Shown: piece by piece, positions 12,419 through 22,775 of the stretch | Numbering within the stretch: the first letter of the stretch is position 1 | Layout: every line of letters begins with the position of its first letter | Source of the DNA: Candidatus Latescibacterota bacterium | GTDB lineage: Bacteria > Latescibacterota > UBA2968 > GCA-2709665 | Direction of reading: 5' to 3' | Assembly: GCA_963667175.2 (NCBI GenBank) | Contig: CAXXXF010000006.1 | Coordinates: 512,001-576,000 of the forward strand | Length of the DNA stretch: 64,000 nucleotides | The notes under the pieces: model-generated | What the model was told of the DNA's origin: nothing | The model's database searches: none | The model's input: the letters and a program-made list of their open reading frames with translations, nothing else | Position numbers and translations under genes: made by a program

Positions 12419-13729
12419 ATGGAGGAAGGGCAACGCAGGTTCCTGATCGCAGGTATCCTGATCGGACTGTGCGCGATCGGCATGCTGGCACTGGGCGAAG
12501 CCCGGTACCGGATGCCGCTTTTTTTCGTACTGTTCGGCCTCTGGATGGTTTTTTACCTGGCGGCTGTCTGGCATTGTACTGCCGCCGCACTCAAGACTGT
12601 CGCGCTGTTTGGCATTCTGTTCCGGGTCATCATGCTGTTTTCCCCGCCCGGTCTATCCGATGACGTGTACAGGTACCTGTGGGACGGGCGCGTCCAGGAG
12701 GCGGGGATAAACCCGTACGCCTACCCGCCGGCTTCGGAAGAACTCGCCAACCTCAGAGACGATGCGGTGTTCCCCCAGGTAAACCATCCCGACGTGCCGA
12801 CCATCTATCCGCCGCTGGCTCAGGTTTTGTTCAGGGTATGCAGTCTCGTCCATCCGTCGATCCGGACCATCAAGGCGGCGCTGGTTCTTTTCGATCTGCT
12901 GACGGCATGGTTTCTGCTGGGCCTCATCCGGCTTTACGATCAGCATCCGGGACAGTTGCTCATCTACCTCTGGCATCCTCTGCTGCTTGTAGAGGTGGCC
13001 GGCAATGCCCACGTCGACGCGATGGGCGTCTCGTTCATGGTATTTGCATTCCTGTATCTTCAGATTGGAGGTTACACGCGGGCTTTCGCCGCACTGGCCC
13101 TCTCCGTCTTGAGCAAGTTCTTTGCCATCTGCCTGGTTCCGGTCTTCTGGCGCTGGATCAGCGGGAGGATCTCGGAACGGTCCGATAGGAGGCTGCCGGC
13201 AGCCCTGAGGCCGCAGGCGGTGGTACCTGTACTGATTTTCACCGCCTTGTTAGCGGCCGGGTACCTGCCCTACCGGGAGGCAGGACGAAATCTGTTCGCA
13301 GGCTTCCTGATCTACGCCGAACACTGGAGCTTCAACGCGCCGGTCTTTGGCATCCTGAGTTATCTGCTGGATAGCCCGCTTTGGGCTCGCATGGTCATCG
13401 CGATCGGGTTTGCGGGGGCGCTGATTCTTTTCACGTTCAGCCGGATGCCGCCGATTCAGGCGGGGTTCTTCCTTGTTGGGACCTTTTTGTTCCTCACGCC
13501 GACGTTACACCCCTGGTATGCGATTTGGATCTTACCCTTCATGGTATTTTACAGGCAGCCGGCATGGCTGGTCTTCACCGGGCTTATCGCAATCTCATAT
13601 CACGTGCTGATAAAGTATGCGAACGAAGGAATATGGGAGGAGGCGGTCTGGGTGAAGTTCGTGTTATTCGGCGGATTCGCGCTTGTCTGGGCATTCGAAC
13701 GGCTGAAGCGAAAACGCGTTGAGACTTGA
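12419..13729 (+). CDS. Polytopic membrane glycosyltransferase (GT-C fold, DUF2029/GT87-like)
   Basis: LSDDVYRYLWDG, NPYAYPP, TIYPPLAQ, YLWHPL, NAHVD, HPWY; many TM segments. Confidence 0.8.
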   Translation: MEEGQRRFLIAGILIGLCAIGMLALGEARYRMPLFFVLFGLWMVFYLAAVWHCTAAALKTVALFGILFRVIMLFSPPGLSDDVYRYLWDGRVQEAGINPYAYPPASEELANLRDDAVFPQVNHPDVPTIYPPLAQVLFRVCSLVHPSIRTIKAALVLFDLLTAWFLLGLIRLYDQHPGQLLIYLWHPLLLVEVAGNAHVDAMGVSFMVFAFLYLQIGGYTRAFAALALSVLSKFFAICLVPVFWRWISGRISERSDRRLPAALRPQAVVPVLIFTALLAAGYLPYREAGRNLFAGFLIYAEHWSFNAPVFGILSYLLDSPLWARMVIAIGFAGALILFTFSRMPPIQAGFFLVGTFLFLTPTLHPWYAIWILPFMVFYRQPAWLVFTGLIAISYHVLIKYANEGIWEEAVWVKFVLFGGFALVWAFERLKRKRVET

Positions 13730-13848
13730 GATTCCCTGGCAGACGCCGTCCGGTCCGGACGGCGTCTGCTTCATTTCATGGATCGGGTCACAATGGCTAA
13801 TTCCGTCGGCAAGCGTACGATCAGACCCGTCCGCCCATTGCCCGCATT

Positions 13849-16800
13849 CTAGATCGACTTGCCGAAAAAGAAAGCAAACCGTACGAAGTCGGAGAATGCG
13901 ACCAACCCGTCGTCATCCAGGTCGAACCGGGGATCGGAGGAGCCGAAGGCGTTGGCGAAGAGCAGAAAGTCGGAAAAATCAACCACGCCGCTTCCGTCGA
14001 AGTCCGCGACTGCCGCCGCTGGAGAGATGGTCTGATCGGGGATAAACGTAACATTTCTGTTCCCGGGGGCAAGGGGCACACCTGACGAATCGGCGGCCAT
14101 AGATAGGGTTATGGTGTAGGCGAGACCCGCTTCAAAGGGCATCGCAAACGTCAAAAGGGCACGTTGGCTCGCGCGGTCCAGCACGACTGAGGTCGGGCGT
14201 CCGAGGGCGGGGGCAACCGAGTAGCCATGAGGATCGGCCGTTTCGGCTGCCATCGGTTCGCTGAACGTGAGTGAGAGCCTGCTCTCGCGCAGGACTTCGA
14301 CGCGGTAGAGTTCCGGCGCCGGATTGGGGCGAAGGGCGTGTGGCGCGGAGCGAATTTCGTCTCCACCGGGAAGCGTGGCGACCACCACGTAACGGTATAC
14401 TCTGTTTTCGGTCAGTCCCGTATCGGTGTAGGTATTGGATACCAGGTTATCCCCAATGACCGTAAGTGTGTTTCCGTCGACGCCGCGAAGGATGCGATAG
14501 GTTGCGCCGCCATCCGCAGGCGCCCACGTGAGCCTGGCACTTTCGGGTCCCAGCGGATGGGCATGCACAACTTGCAGGATCCTCGTGAAGCCCGCCTCGG
14601 TACGTTCCATCAGACGCACGGCGCCATCCCGGTTGTACAGAAGTTCGGCGTACCCGTCCTTATCCAGATCCGCGATGAGCGGACGGGACGTCAATGAAAC
14701 GGTCCCGTGCCAGAAGGGCTCGTATGAATTCGGCCCGGTGGCACGGACCAGGTAGAGGTCCGGACGCAGACAGACCGCCAGGTCGGGTGTCCCGTTGCCG
14801 TCCACGTCGCCCGTTGCAACGCCGTTTCCCGTTGATAGTACCCCCGAAATCCGAATCGACCACTCCAGAGCGTAGGAGGACGGCCCGTCCGCGCTGTAGA
14901 TTTCCAGGGTCCAGAACCCGTTGAGCGCGTCGTTACGGTCTTCGGCTGCGCGGGCGACCGCGAATTCCACGTCTCCGTCATTGTCAATATCCGCGCCTCC
15001 GCCGATCCACTGAGTGTTGGTGCTGTCACTTCCCGCGAGTTTCCAGGTCTGCACGAAGCCGCCGCCATGCAGGGCTTCGTACATCCACAGGTCGCCGTCG
15101 TAGTCGCCCGAAAGAATCTCCTTCCTGCCGTTGTCGTTCAGATCCGCGATGACAAACCTGAGGCCGGGCAGGTTGAACCCCTCGGTGGGGTTCGCCAGCC
15201 GGGCGGTTTCCACAAACGCGCCTTCCGGCGTACTCCTCAGAATCAGGATGCCCCCCGCTTCAGCCGATCGGGTTACGATCTCGTTTCGGCCGTCGCCGTC
15301 GATATCGGCGATTTCCCCGCCCTCGGCTTGCGTTATGTCCAGGAGGGTCTCGGACGGAAACGGAGTCCCTCCAAAGAGCAGAACGTGCGGGAACCGGGTG
15401 CCGAGCAGGTCGGTACTCCCATCGTTGTTCGCGTCGCCCAATGCCCATGGAAGGAATGCCTCGGCGGTCCGGAAGACGGTTGTAAAGCTCCCGTCGTCCC
15501 CACGTTCCATGATCAGGTTCGCGTTGTAGGGACGGCCGCGAGCGTAGGGCATCAGGACGATTTCGGGGCGCCCGTCCATATCGAAGTCGGTGGACTCACT
15601 GGCGAGAAACCCGTCGGGCAGGGCGCCGACCTGAACAAGACCGCGACCGGCGATGCGCATCGGGCTTACCGCAACCGTCCTCGATTCGGAGACCTCCGCC
15701 TGTCCGGCAGCGTCCTGCGCCATCACGCGGTACTCCAGCGACCCGGGGTCGAGGTCCGGGGGCAGGGTGACGCGGTGGCGGGTGTAGACAACGTCCGAAA
15801 AGAGGCTGTCTTCGCGCGCGGCTGAAGACGAGCGATAGAGCAGGGCGCCGCGTGTCGGAACTCTGGTGTGCCATTCGGCGCGGTAGGTCTGGCGGCTTCC
15901 AATGAGAATGGGTGAGATTGACGCCTTCGATATAACGGGCGGAGCCCGCCGTATGCCGAGGCGGACCCTGTCTTCGAGGGTCGTGCCGTCGGTCAGCCGG
16001 GCCGTCAGCCGCACGATGGCGGAGGGTCCGGCCTGCGTACCCGGTGTCCATGAATGCCGGATGTCAGTTCCCGGCGGTCCCGCCGAGAGTCGCACCCAGG
16101 ATTGTGGATCCGTACCCGAGCCCCAGAAAAGCTCGTAGCCGGCAACGTCCGGACCGTGGGCCTGCGCGATGAAATCCACGTTCCGCCGGACGTCGTCGTC
16201 CGTTTGAGGCTGGTCGATCCGCACGACGGGGGGATCGGGCCATCGGATGAATTTTTCGAGCAAGTTCCCGGCGTCGATTCGGCCGGCGCCGCCGCTTACG
16301 TCCCAACCCTCCGGTCCGAGGTCGATCACGGACGCGATGAGCAGCGAGCGAACCTGCTCGGCGGAAAGACCGGGACGGCGTGAGAGCAGAAGCGCCGCCA
16401 GTCCGGATATATGGGGCGCCGCGAAGGACGTGCCCGAGGCGCGCCTGTACCCGTTCCCCGGCATCGTCGTGATCGTGCCGGCCCCCGGCGCGACCAGGTC
16501 CAGCGGGACGCCCGTGCTGCTGAATGCGGCAATGCGGTCCAGGGGCGCCGTGGCGCCCACGGCAATGGTTTCATCCATGGCCGCCGGGTAGGACAGGCCG
16601 GCTTCGCCGGTGTTGCCGGCGGAACTGACGAGAACGACGCCACTGGCAGCCGCGTAGCGCACCACGTCCCGGATGAGCAACGCGCTTTCCGGCCCCCCCC
16701 AGCTCATATTGAGGACGTGGGCGCCGTTTTCCACGGCATAGAGAATGGCGGCGGCCAGGTCGTCTTCTTCCAGAAAGGTGAAATCGGACTGCAGCGTCAC

Positions 16801-17607
16801 GCCGGCGCGGAGGGACATCAGCGCAGCGTCGGGGGCAACGCCGGCAATGCCCAGGCCGTTGTCCGTCACCGCCGCCGCAATGCCCGCTACGCGCGTGCCG
16901 TGGCTGGACTCGTCCATGGGATCGTTGTCGGGCGAGAGGTAGTCGCCCTTCGCCGGAAGCGTCGGGGTGTGGGTGAAATCCCAGCCGCGTATATCGTCCA
17001 CGTACCCGTTGTTGTCGTCGTCAACGCCCGGCCTGCCGGATGCTTCGACGGTGTTGATCCAGATATTTCCCGCCAGGTCTTCGTGGGTATAGTCCACGCC
17101 GGAATCGATGATGGCGATGACGACGTTCTGTTCGGCCCGCGGGAGGCCGTCCAGCAGAATCTGCCATCTGATCTGGTCCAGGCCGTACTGATCGCTCAGG
17201 CGGGGGTCGTCGGGCACGTCGTGGTGTGAAAACAGATGAACCGGCTGCGCGTATTGGACGCCAGGGTGCTCCGAATAGGCGGCCGCGGCTTCCACGGGAC
17301 TTGCATCGGTGTCAATCTCCAGGCGGTAAACCTGCGCGAATCCCCGAGCGCGCTTGGACAGCGCCGTACGCGTATGAAACACGGGCTCGGGGACGCCGGC
17401 GCCAAAACGCGCGTGCAGGGTCTCGAGACTTCCGGGAGCCGTTTTGGAAGCCGACGTCTTGAATCTGATAAGAATCTGTCCGGGAGAGTGAGCAGGTTGG
17501 GCGGCGGCGGAACGGAAAGCCAGCAAAGATACCAGAAGTTGAAACGTGACGAATATCGCGCGTGTCCGGTTGGTTCGGTTCAATGTCCGGCTCCCGAGTT
17601 GTGCCAT
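13849..17607 (-). CDS. Secreted S8 subtilase with FG-GAP-like repeats, FN3/Ig-like domains and C-terminal EF-hand/dockerin-like tail
   Basis: Catalytic triad IIDSG, HGTRVAG, GTSFAAP; signal peptide; DFDMDGRPE and DIDGDGRNE repeats; DFDGSGVVDFSDFLLFANAFG. Confidence 0.9.
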   Translation of the reverse strand: MAQLGSRTLNRTNRTRAIFVTFQLLVSLLAFRSAAAQPAHSPGQILIRFKTSASKTAPGSLETLHARFGAGVPEPVFHTRTALSKRARGFAQVYRLEIDTDASPVEAAAAYSEHPGVQYAQPVHLFSHHDVPDDPRLSDQYGLDQIRWQILLDGLPRAEQNVVIAIIDSGVDYTHEDLAGNIWINTVEASGRPGVDDDNNGYVDDIRGWDFTHTPTLPAKGDYLSPDNDPMDESSHGTRVAGIAAAVTDNGLGIAGVAPDAALMSLRAGVTLQSDFTFLEEDDLAAAILYAVENGAHVLNMSWGGPESALLIRDVVRYAAASGVVLVSSAGNTGEAGLSYPAAMDETIAVGATAPLDRIAAFSSTGVPLDLVAPGAGTITTMPGNGYRRASGTSFAAPHISGLAALLLSRRPGLSAEQVRSLLIASVIDLGPEGWDVSGGAGRIDAGNLLEKFIRWPDPPVVRIDQPQTDDDVRRNVDFIAQAHGPDVAGYELFWGSGTDPQSWVRLSAGPPGTDIRHSWTPGTQAGPSAIVRLTARLTDGTTLEDRVRLGIRRAPPVISKASISPILIGSRQTYRAEWHTRVPTRGALLYRSSSAAREDSLFSDVVYTRHRVTLPPDLDPGSLEYRVMAQDAAGQAEVSESRTVAVSPMRIAGRGLVQVGALPDGFLASESTDFDMDGRPEIVLMPYARGRPYNANLIMERGDDGSFTTVFRTAEAFLPWALGDANNDGSTDLLGTRFPHVLLFGGTPFPSETLLDITQAEGGEIADIDGDGRNEIVTRSAEAGGILILRSTPEGAFVETARLANPTEGFNLPGLRFVIADLNDNGRKEILSGDYDGDLWMYEALHGGGFVQTWKLAGSDSTNTQWIGGGADIDNDGDVEFAVARAAEDRNDALNGFWTLEIYSADGPSSYALEWSIRISGVLSTGNGVATGDVDGNGTPDLAVCLRPDLYLVRATGPNSYEPFWHGTVSLTSRPLIADLDKDGYAELLYNRDGAVRLMERTEAGFTRILQVVHAHPLGPESARLTWAPADGGATYRILRGVDGNTLTVIGDNLVSNTYTDTGLTENRVYRYVVVATLPGGDEIRSAPHALRPNPAPELYRVEVLRESRLSLTFSEPMAAETADPHGYSVAPALGRPTSVVLDRASQRALLTFAMPFEAGLAYTITLSMAADSSGVPLAPGNRNVTFIPDQTISPAAAVADFDGSGVVDFSDFLLFANAFGSSDPRFDLDDDGLVAFSDFVRFAFFFGKSI

Positions 17608-17686
17608 TTCGATACCCAGGGATTTCTATTCCGCTCCATTCGTCCGTCTCTTCGTTATGGACGTGAGTTCCGCCGGCAGGTTCCGT

Positions 17687-18883
17687 TTACGTCAATGGCC
17701 GGTCGGGAAGCGTGCCCGCGCTTCGCCGATCCGGCATGCCGGGAAGCGCCGCCACCAGCACGGCGGAAGGGAGCAGGATGAGGGAGACGCAAGCCAGAGC
17801 AAATGCCATGGAAGTGACGTCCGCAAGGAGACCGATGCCGGGAAGCATGAGGCCCGAGACTCCCCACGCAAATCCCATCACCAGTCCGGTGGCCGTGCTG
17901 GCGTGTTGCGGCAGGATGCGCTGCGCCAGCACGATATTGGTGGTGGCGCCGAGGTCGAAGATGAATCCGGCAAACAGAAAACAAATCAGCGAGATGGGCC
18001 CGGAGGTGAAGCAAAAAGCAATGTAGAAGATGGTTGAGAATGCGCAGGACCACCCCAGAAGCCTGCGGGGAGCCACGCGATCCCCGAGATAACCGCCGGC
18101 CAGCCGGCCCAGCGTGGCCGCGATCAGGTACGCGGACAACACCCAGCCGATTTTGGAGATATCCCACGTTCTTTCGTGGCCGAGTATGGAGATGAAACTT
18201 ACGCAGGCCGCGTGTACCAGCGATCGAAATACTGCGATTGCGTAAAGGATCCAGAGCGGACGCATGGCCGCTGTCCTCAGCAACGCGTAGCTGATGCGGG
18301 CGGACGCCCTGGTACTTTCAGCCCGGTTGGCGGCCCTGGACATGCGCAACAGCACCGCCGCAGCCGCAAGACAGGGAAAGACAACGATCCAGAGGGACTC
18401 CAACCCGTAGCGCGAAATCACCTGAGTTCCCGTTACCGGCGCAATTGCCATGCCCAGAGGACCACCGGTCAGGAAAACCGCCATGGCAAGGTTGGATCGT
18501 CCGGGTAACGACGTCGTCACCAGACCGCCGGCAGTCGGATGAAAGAGAGACGAGCCGAGAGAGGCCAGAATCAGAAAGCCGGCGAGCACGGCGGCCGTGG
18601 GCAGGATTCCGATAACCGAAACGCAGAGGCCGCACGCAAGTACGCCGAGCGCAGCGAGACGCACCCGATTGGACCGGTCGCCGATATAGCCCATAAAAGG
18701 TTGCGGGATATTGCCAAAGAGAGAGACGACCATCGGGAGGAGGGACGCTTCCACCAGTGTAAGCCCGAACTTGCCCTTGAAGAGGGCAAGCAGCGGTGGA
18801 AACAGGGTCATGTAGAAATCGACGGTGGTGTGCGCATAGGTGATCAGACAGACACGGAGCAATGGTCGTTTCATCAGGGACAT
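17687..18883 (-). CDS. MFS transporter (Fsr-like)
   Basis: AHTTVDFY, QPFMGYIGDR, SSLFHP, GGYLGDR; about 12 hydrophobic helices. Confidence 0.85.
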   Translation of the reverse strand: MSLMKRPLLRVCLITYAHTTVDFYMTLFPPLLALFKGKFGLTLVEASLLPMVVSLFGNIPQPFMGYIGDRSNRVRLAALGVLACGLCVSVIGILPTAAVLAGFLILASLGSSLFHPTAGGLVTTSLPGRSNLAMAVFLTGGPLGMAIAPVTGTQVISRYGLESLWIVVFPCLAAAAVLLRMSRAANRAESTRASARISYALLRTAAMRPLWILYAIAVFRSLVHAACVSFISILGHERTWDISKIGWVLSAYLIAATLGRLAGGYLGDRVAPRRLLGWSCAFSTIFYIAFCFTSGPISLICFLFAGFIFDLGATTNIVLAQRILPQHASTATGLVMGFAWGVSGLMLPGIGLLADVTSMAFALACVSLILLPSAVLVAALPGMPDRRSAGTLPDRPLT

Positions 18884-18958
18884 CGGTGTTCCTGGCGCCC
18901 GGAAACGGCGCAACTGTGACAAGGGGCTGTCGACCCGTTGACGCGCGACCCCGCAGAC

Positions 18959-19321
18959 TTACGCCAGACCGGCGCGCTCGATGACGACTTCTCCGAGTTT
19001 GTCATGGATGCCCAGCGGGCCGGTGACGCGGAAGGTGACGCGCCGATAACGTACCGCGGCCCGTTCGACCATGGCAGGGACGTCGTGGGTGGCGTGGCGG
19101 CCGGGTGAGAGCATGTAGGGGTGCACGATGACCTCGGTCGCGCCGTCGCGAATACAGGCTTCAACGCCTTCTTCCAGCGTGGGCCGGGCGAGTTCCATAT
19201 GGGCGACGTGCACAAGAAGCCCCGGACGTTTTCGCCGCACGATTTCCGCAACGGCTTCCAGCATGCGGTTGGCTTCGTCCCGGGTAGATCCGTGGTCGAC
19301 AATCAGAAGGGCTTTGGACAT
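18959..19321 (-). CDS. CbiX/SirB-type short chelatase
   Basis: IVDHGS, AHMELARP, HPYMLSPGRHATHDVP, GPLGIH. Confidence 0.88.
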   Translation of the reverse strand: MSKALLIVDHGSTRDEANRMLEAVAEIVRRKRPGLLVHVAHMELARPTLEEGVEACIRDGATEVIVHPYMLSPGRHATHDVPAMVERAAVRYRRVTFRVTGPLGIHDKLGEVVIERAGLA

Positions 19322-19379
19322 AACGGAAACAAGAGCGAAATTTAAAGAACCTGATGGCGCAGCCCGGTCATTCGTGGCA

Positions 19380-20915
19380 TCAGGCCAGGTCCCTGATGAC
19401 TTCCTGCGCGGCGTTGTGGCCTGGAATGCCGCTCACCTCGCCGCCGGGATGCTGCCCGGCCCCGCAGAGGTACAGGCCTCTATGCGGCGCCCGATATTGC
19501 GAGAGTTCCGGAAGCGGCCGATTCCAGAATAGATGCTCGCCCGCGTGCTGCACGTGCCAGATACACCCATCCGTCAGGCCGTTCTCCCGTTCGATGTCCA
19601 GGGGCGTCCGGAAGACGTGGTGTCGGATGGAAGATCTGAAGTTGGGCGCGAACTCCGTGATCTGATCGATGATGCCTTCGGCGATCTCCTCCCGGACGTC
19701 GTCCCAGGAAGCGGTGCGAAGCGTCGCGGGCGCCGGGTATATCCACACGGAGGCAGTGTGATACCCCGGCTGCGTGAGCGTGGGGTCCGCGAACGAGGGC
19801 ATTGAAAAGCTGATCACGGGTTTCCGAACGGGCAGGCCCGCTTCCAGTTCATCGTAGGCCGCGTCGATTTCCGGCCTCGACGCGTGAAGGGTGATGGCGC
19901 CCCGGTAAGGTTGTTCCGGGTCGCCGTCCCAGTACTTCCATTGCGGCGCTTCGCTGACAACGGCTAGCAGCTTGTAGCAACTCACGTGGGTGATAAGCCC
20001 CTCGAGGCGTTTGCGCAGCCGGCCGTCGACCGATTCGGACGGCATGAGCCTGAGGAACGTGCGCTTGGGGTCCAGATTGGAAACCGTGACGCGGCTTCGG
20101 ACTTCCTTCCCGTTTTCCAGTCGGACGCCAATTACCGCGTTGTCTTCCACGAGCAACCCCTGTACGCCCACGTCGAGGTGGATGGTCGCGCCGGCCTCCC
20201 GCGCCGCGTCGGCGATCGCGTCGCTGACGGCGCCCATTCCGCCTTCAACGTAGCCGTAGGGATGGGCTTCCCCGGTCTCGGTGTCGGGACGGTTGATGGA
20301 ACCGTAGGCGAAGTGCAGACCCAGGGGATTCCGACCCACGGCGGCGCCTTCCGAGGCATGCAGATCCTTCAGGTGGTCCGTAGAGAGGAACTCGTCCTGC
20401 AGTTCGCGGATCCGGGTGGTAACGGCCCGGTCGAGCACGCGCGCCGCGGGGGTGCCGGCGATCCGGGAGCGTACTTCGTCCAGCGGCGGGGGCGCCTGGA
20501 ATCTGAACGGGGTCACGATATCGGAGAGGATCCGCTTGAATTCGCCGTATCGGCGAACGTCCTCTCGTTCGGCGCCGGTGAGGCGGCGCCGGTGGGTCCG
20601 GTTTCTCGGAGAATCGTGATCCGGGGGTCCGTGATAGGCACCGTCGGGGCGAATGCGGATATAGCCCTCGCGGGGAAGCATTTTCATTCCGCGTTCGTAG
20701 AGTTTCAGATCCCGGATGATTCTTGGGGGCAGGCCGTGGATCATATGGGCGCACGTCGAGAAGTGAAACCCCGGCCAGAGTTCCTCGGTGATGGAGGCGC
20801 CGCCGACGAAGGAACGACGTTCAAAAACACTGACGTCGAGTCCCGCTCCTGCCAGATAGGCAGCGGCGGTGAGGCCATTGTGGCCGGCGCCGACCACGAC
20901 AACATCCGTATCCAT
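19380..20915 (-). CDS. Phytoene-dehydrogenase-like FAD oxidoreductase
   Basis: VVGAGHNGLTAAAYLA, GGMGAVSDA, LYLCGAGQHPGGEVSGIPGHNAA. Confidence 0.85.
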   Translation of the reverse strand: MDTDVVVVGAGHNGLTAAAYLAGAGLDVSVFERRSFVGGASITEELWPGFHFSTCAHMIHGLPPRIIRDLKLYERGMKMLPREGYIRIRPDGAYHGPPDHDSPRNRTHRRRLTGAEREDVRRYGEFKRILSDIVTPFRFQAPPPLDEVRSRIAGTPAARVLDRAVTTRIRELQDEFLSTDHLKDLHASEGAAVGRNPLGLHFAYGSINRPDTETGEAHPYGYVEGGMGAVSDAIADAAREAGATIHLDVGVQGLLVEDNAVIGVRLENGKEVRSRVTVSNLDPKRTFLRLMPSESVDGRLRKRLEGLITHVSCYKLLAVVSEAPQWKYWDGDPEQPYRGAITLHASRPEIDAAYDELEAGLPVRKPVISFSMPSFADPTLTQPGYHTASVWIYPAPATLRTASWDDVREEIAEGIIDQITEFAPNFRSSIRHHVFRTPLDIERENGLTDGCIWHVQHAGEHLFWNRPLPELSQYRAPHRGLYLCGAGQHPGGEVSGIPGHNAAQEVIRDLA

Positions 20916-20985
20916 AATAGACGTTCCCTTCGATTTGCGACGACCCCGCCCGTGGGACCGCGTCGGGATGGAAAAAAAGCGTTGT

Positions 20986-22446
20986 CTACACACGCGCGGC
21001 TGCGCCGGATGCTTCGACGTAAGCGTTGAGGTGCGCCGCGGCGCGTCCGCTGTCGATTGCGTCTTCGGCACGCTCGACCGCCTGTGTCGTATCCACGTCA
21101 AATCCGAGCAGATGATCCTTGATTGCGGCGTTGAGCACGATCTGGTCGTAGGCCGGGCCTTTTTGTCCCGCAAGAGCGGCGCAACCGGCTTTTGCAAACG
21201 CTTCGGCAGAAACGGTTTCGGGTCTGGGATGCCGGTTGTAACGGAATCCGGCGGCCGCCGGGTCGACGTCGCGATCGTAGGTTTCGGTCCGTCCGTCGCG
21301 GGTCCGGAAGCCCCTCACGTTGTTGATGGCTTTTCGTTCCTCGTCGGAGGGTTTGCCCAGCCGCAGCCCGAAGGAACTGCCGCCTTCCATTCCCTTCACG
21401 ACCAGGCCGGAGTTGAGGCCGCGGTCCACCGCCAGTTGAAGAAACATGTCTTCGTAGCCCGGATGGTAATAGCCGACGACCATGTGGTTTTCGCCGGCAC
21501 ACGCAAAAAGCTGCTGTGCTTTTTCCGTTGCCGCCCAGGGCGGCCGCTTTCCGATATGCGCACGGAGGTCCCTGGCAGCATACGCGGATGCCGAAAAGAT
21601 GCGCTGGCTGACGTAGGCGAAACCAACCCGCGGGTCCTCGATCAGACCGCCGGCCTGTTTCAGCGTGAGATTCACGTTTGCACCCAGCACCTTCAGGATC
21701 CGTTCGTCGGTAACCCCCCATTTCGGCGGCATTCCGTCGACGCCGTGCAGAACCGACGGGCGTCCCATCGAGGCCCTGACGGCCGCGACGAACAGGGCCG
21801 GACGGAAATACCTGCTCGATCCGTCGTACGGTTCTCCGAAATGGGTGAGCGACCCGACGTCGAGTTTCACGACGTTTGACGGATCAAACCCGGCATCCAG
21901 GTATCCCCGCGCCTCGTCGTACGTCTCGCGATTCATCCTCTGGCCGATCAGCGCCGCGCCCTTGAGCGCGTCTCGCGCCTGCCCGTTCAGAATCGCGCCG
22001 CACATCCGGCGGGTCTCCCCGTAGCCGAGGTGCTGCCCGGCGAGGATTTTTTCGAGAGCGGAAATAAGAACGGCTTCCTGCTCGTTCCGCGCTTCGGGTT
22101 TCGCGCGCGCGCCCAGCAGATACAGGATTTCGGGCGGCAGGTCCCGGCGGAGAGCGGCCCGTTTTCTTTGCAAAGCGTCTGTTTCCGCGCAACTCCAACG
22201 CGTCCTCGAAGGAAAGCGGCGTCGAAGGGCCATGGCCACGAAGAACGCGCCCATCTGCACGGACGACACCCGCTGCGCATCAGGCAATTCACCCCTGGCC
22301 GAACCCAGTATCAGGTCCAGAATGCGATCGGGTTGGGGGTCCGAGGGCTTCACACCCAGCGGGCGGGACTGATGGGGTCCGGTGCAGACCCGGGCCTGGG
22401 CCTCCAGCACTTCGGGATTCGGACCCGGATGAACCTCAGTTGGCAT
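20986..22446 (-). CDS. Anthranilate-phosphoribosyltransferase-fold protein (TrpD-like, not canonical TrpD)
   Basis: QMGAFF, IGQRMNRET, FGEPYDG, LHGVDGMPPKWGVT, RAHIGKRPPWA; lacks the canonical TrpD GTGGD motif. Confidence 0.75.
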   Translation of the reverse strand: MPTEVHPGPNPEVLEAQARVCTGPHQSRPLGVKPSDPQPDRILDLILGSARGELPDAQRVSSVQMGAFFVAMALRRRFPSRTRWSCAETDALQRKRAALRRDLPPEILYLLGARAKPEARNEQEAVLISALEKILAGQHLGYGETRRMCGAILNGQARDALKGAALIGQRMNRETYDEARGYLDAGFDPSNVVKLDVGSLTHFGEPYDGSSRYFRPALFVAAVRASMGRPSVLHGVDGMPPKWGVTDERILKVLGANVNLTLKQAGGLIEDPRVGFAYVSQRIFSASAYAARDLRAHIGKRPPWAATEKAQQLFACAGENHMVVGYYHPGYEDMFLQLAVDRGLNSGLVVKGMEGGSSFGLRLGKPSDEERKAINNVRGFRTRDGRTETYDRDVDPAAAGFRYNRHPRPETVSAEAFAKAGCAALAGQKGPAYDQIVLNAAIKDHLLGFDVDTTQAVERAEDAIDSGRAAAHLNAYVEASGAAARV

Positions 22447-22775
22447 GGCTTTGGTATCCGTCGGTGTGGTGGCGTCGGCGATAGTATACATGAAATCGGG
22501 GGCGGCATCAAGCGAGGCGGGCGGCGCCTCTGATCTCGAGACATGAGCGCCGGGGCAATGCCAATTCAGGGCGTGTCGGGATTGAAAAAAACGGTTTGCA
22601 CGAATGGTGTTTTTTGTTAAATAGGATGGAAATCGTCGCATTGCCAGGCTGACGTGCAACATTGTGGTCTTGCGTCTCTTGTGGCGTTTGATTTCAGCCA
22701 CGTATTTTTCGTTTTTTTCGCGGGTTTCGTAGTTTCTGATTTTATTTTCCGAGTCGCTTCTTAACGGCGTATTCG

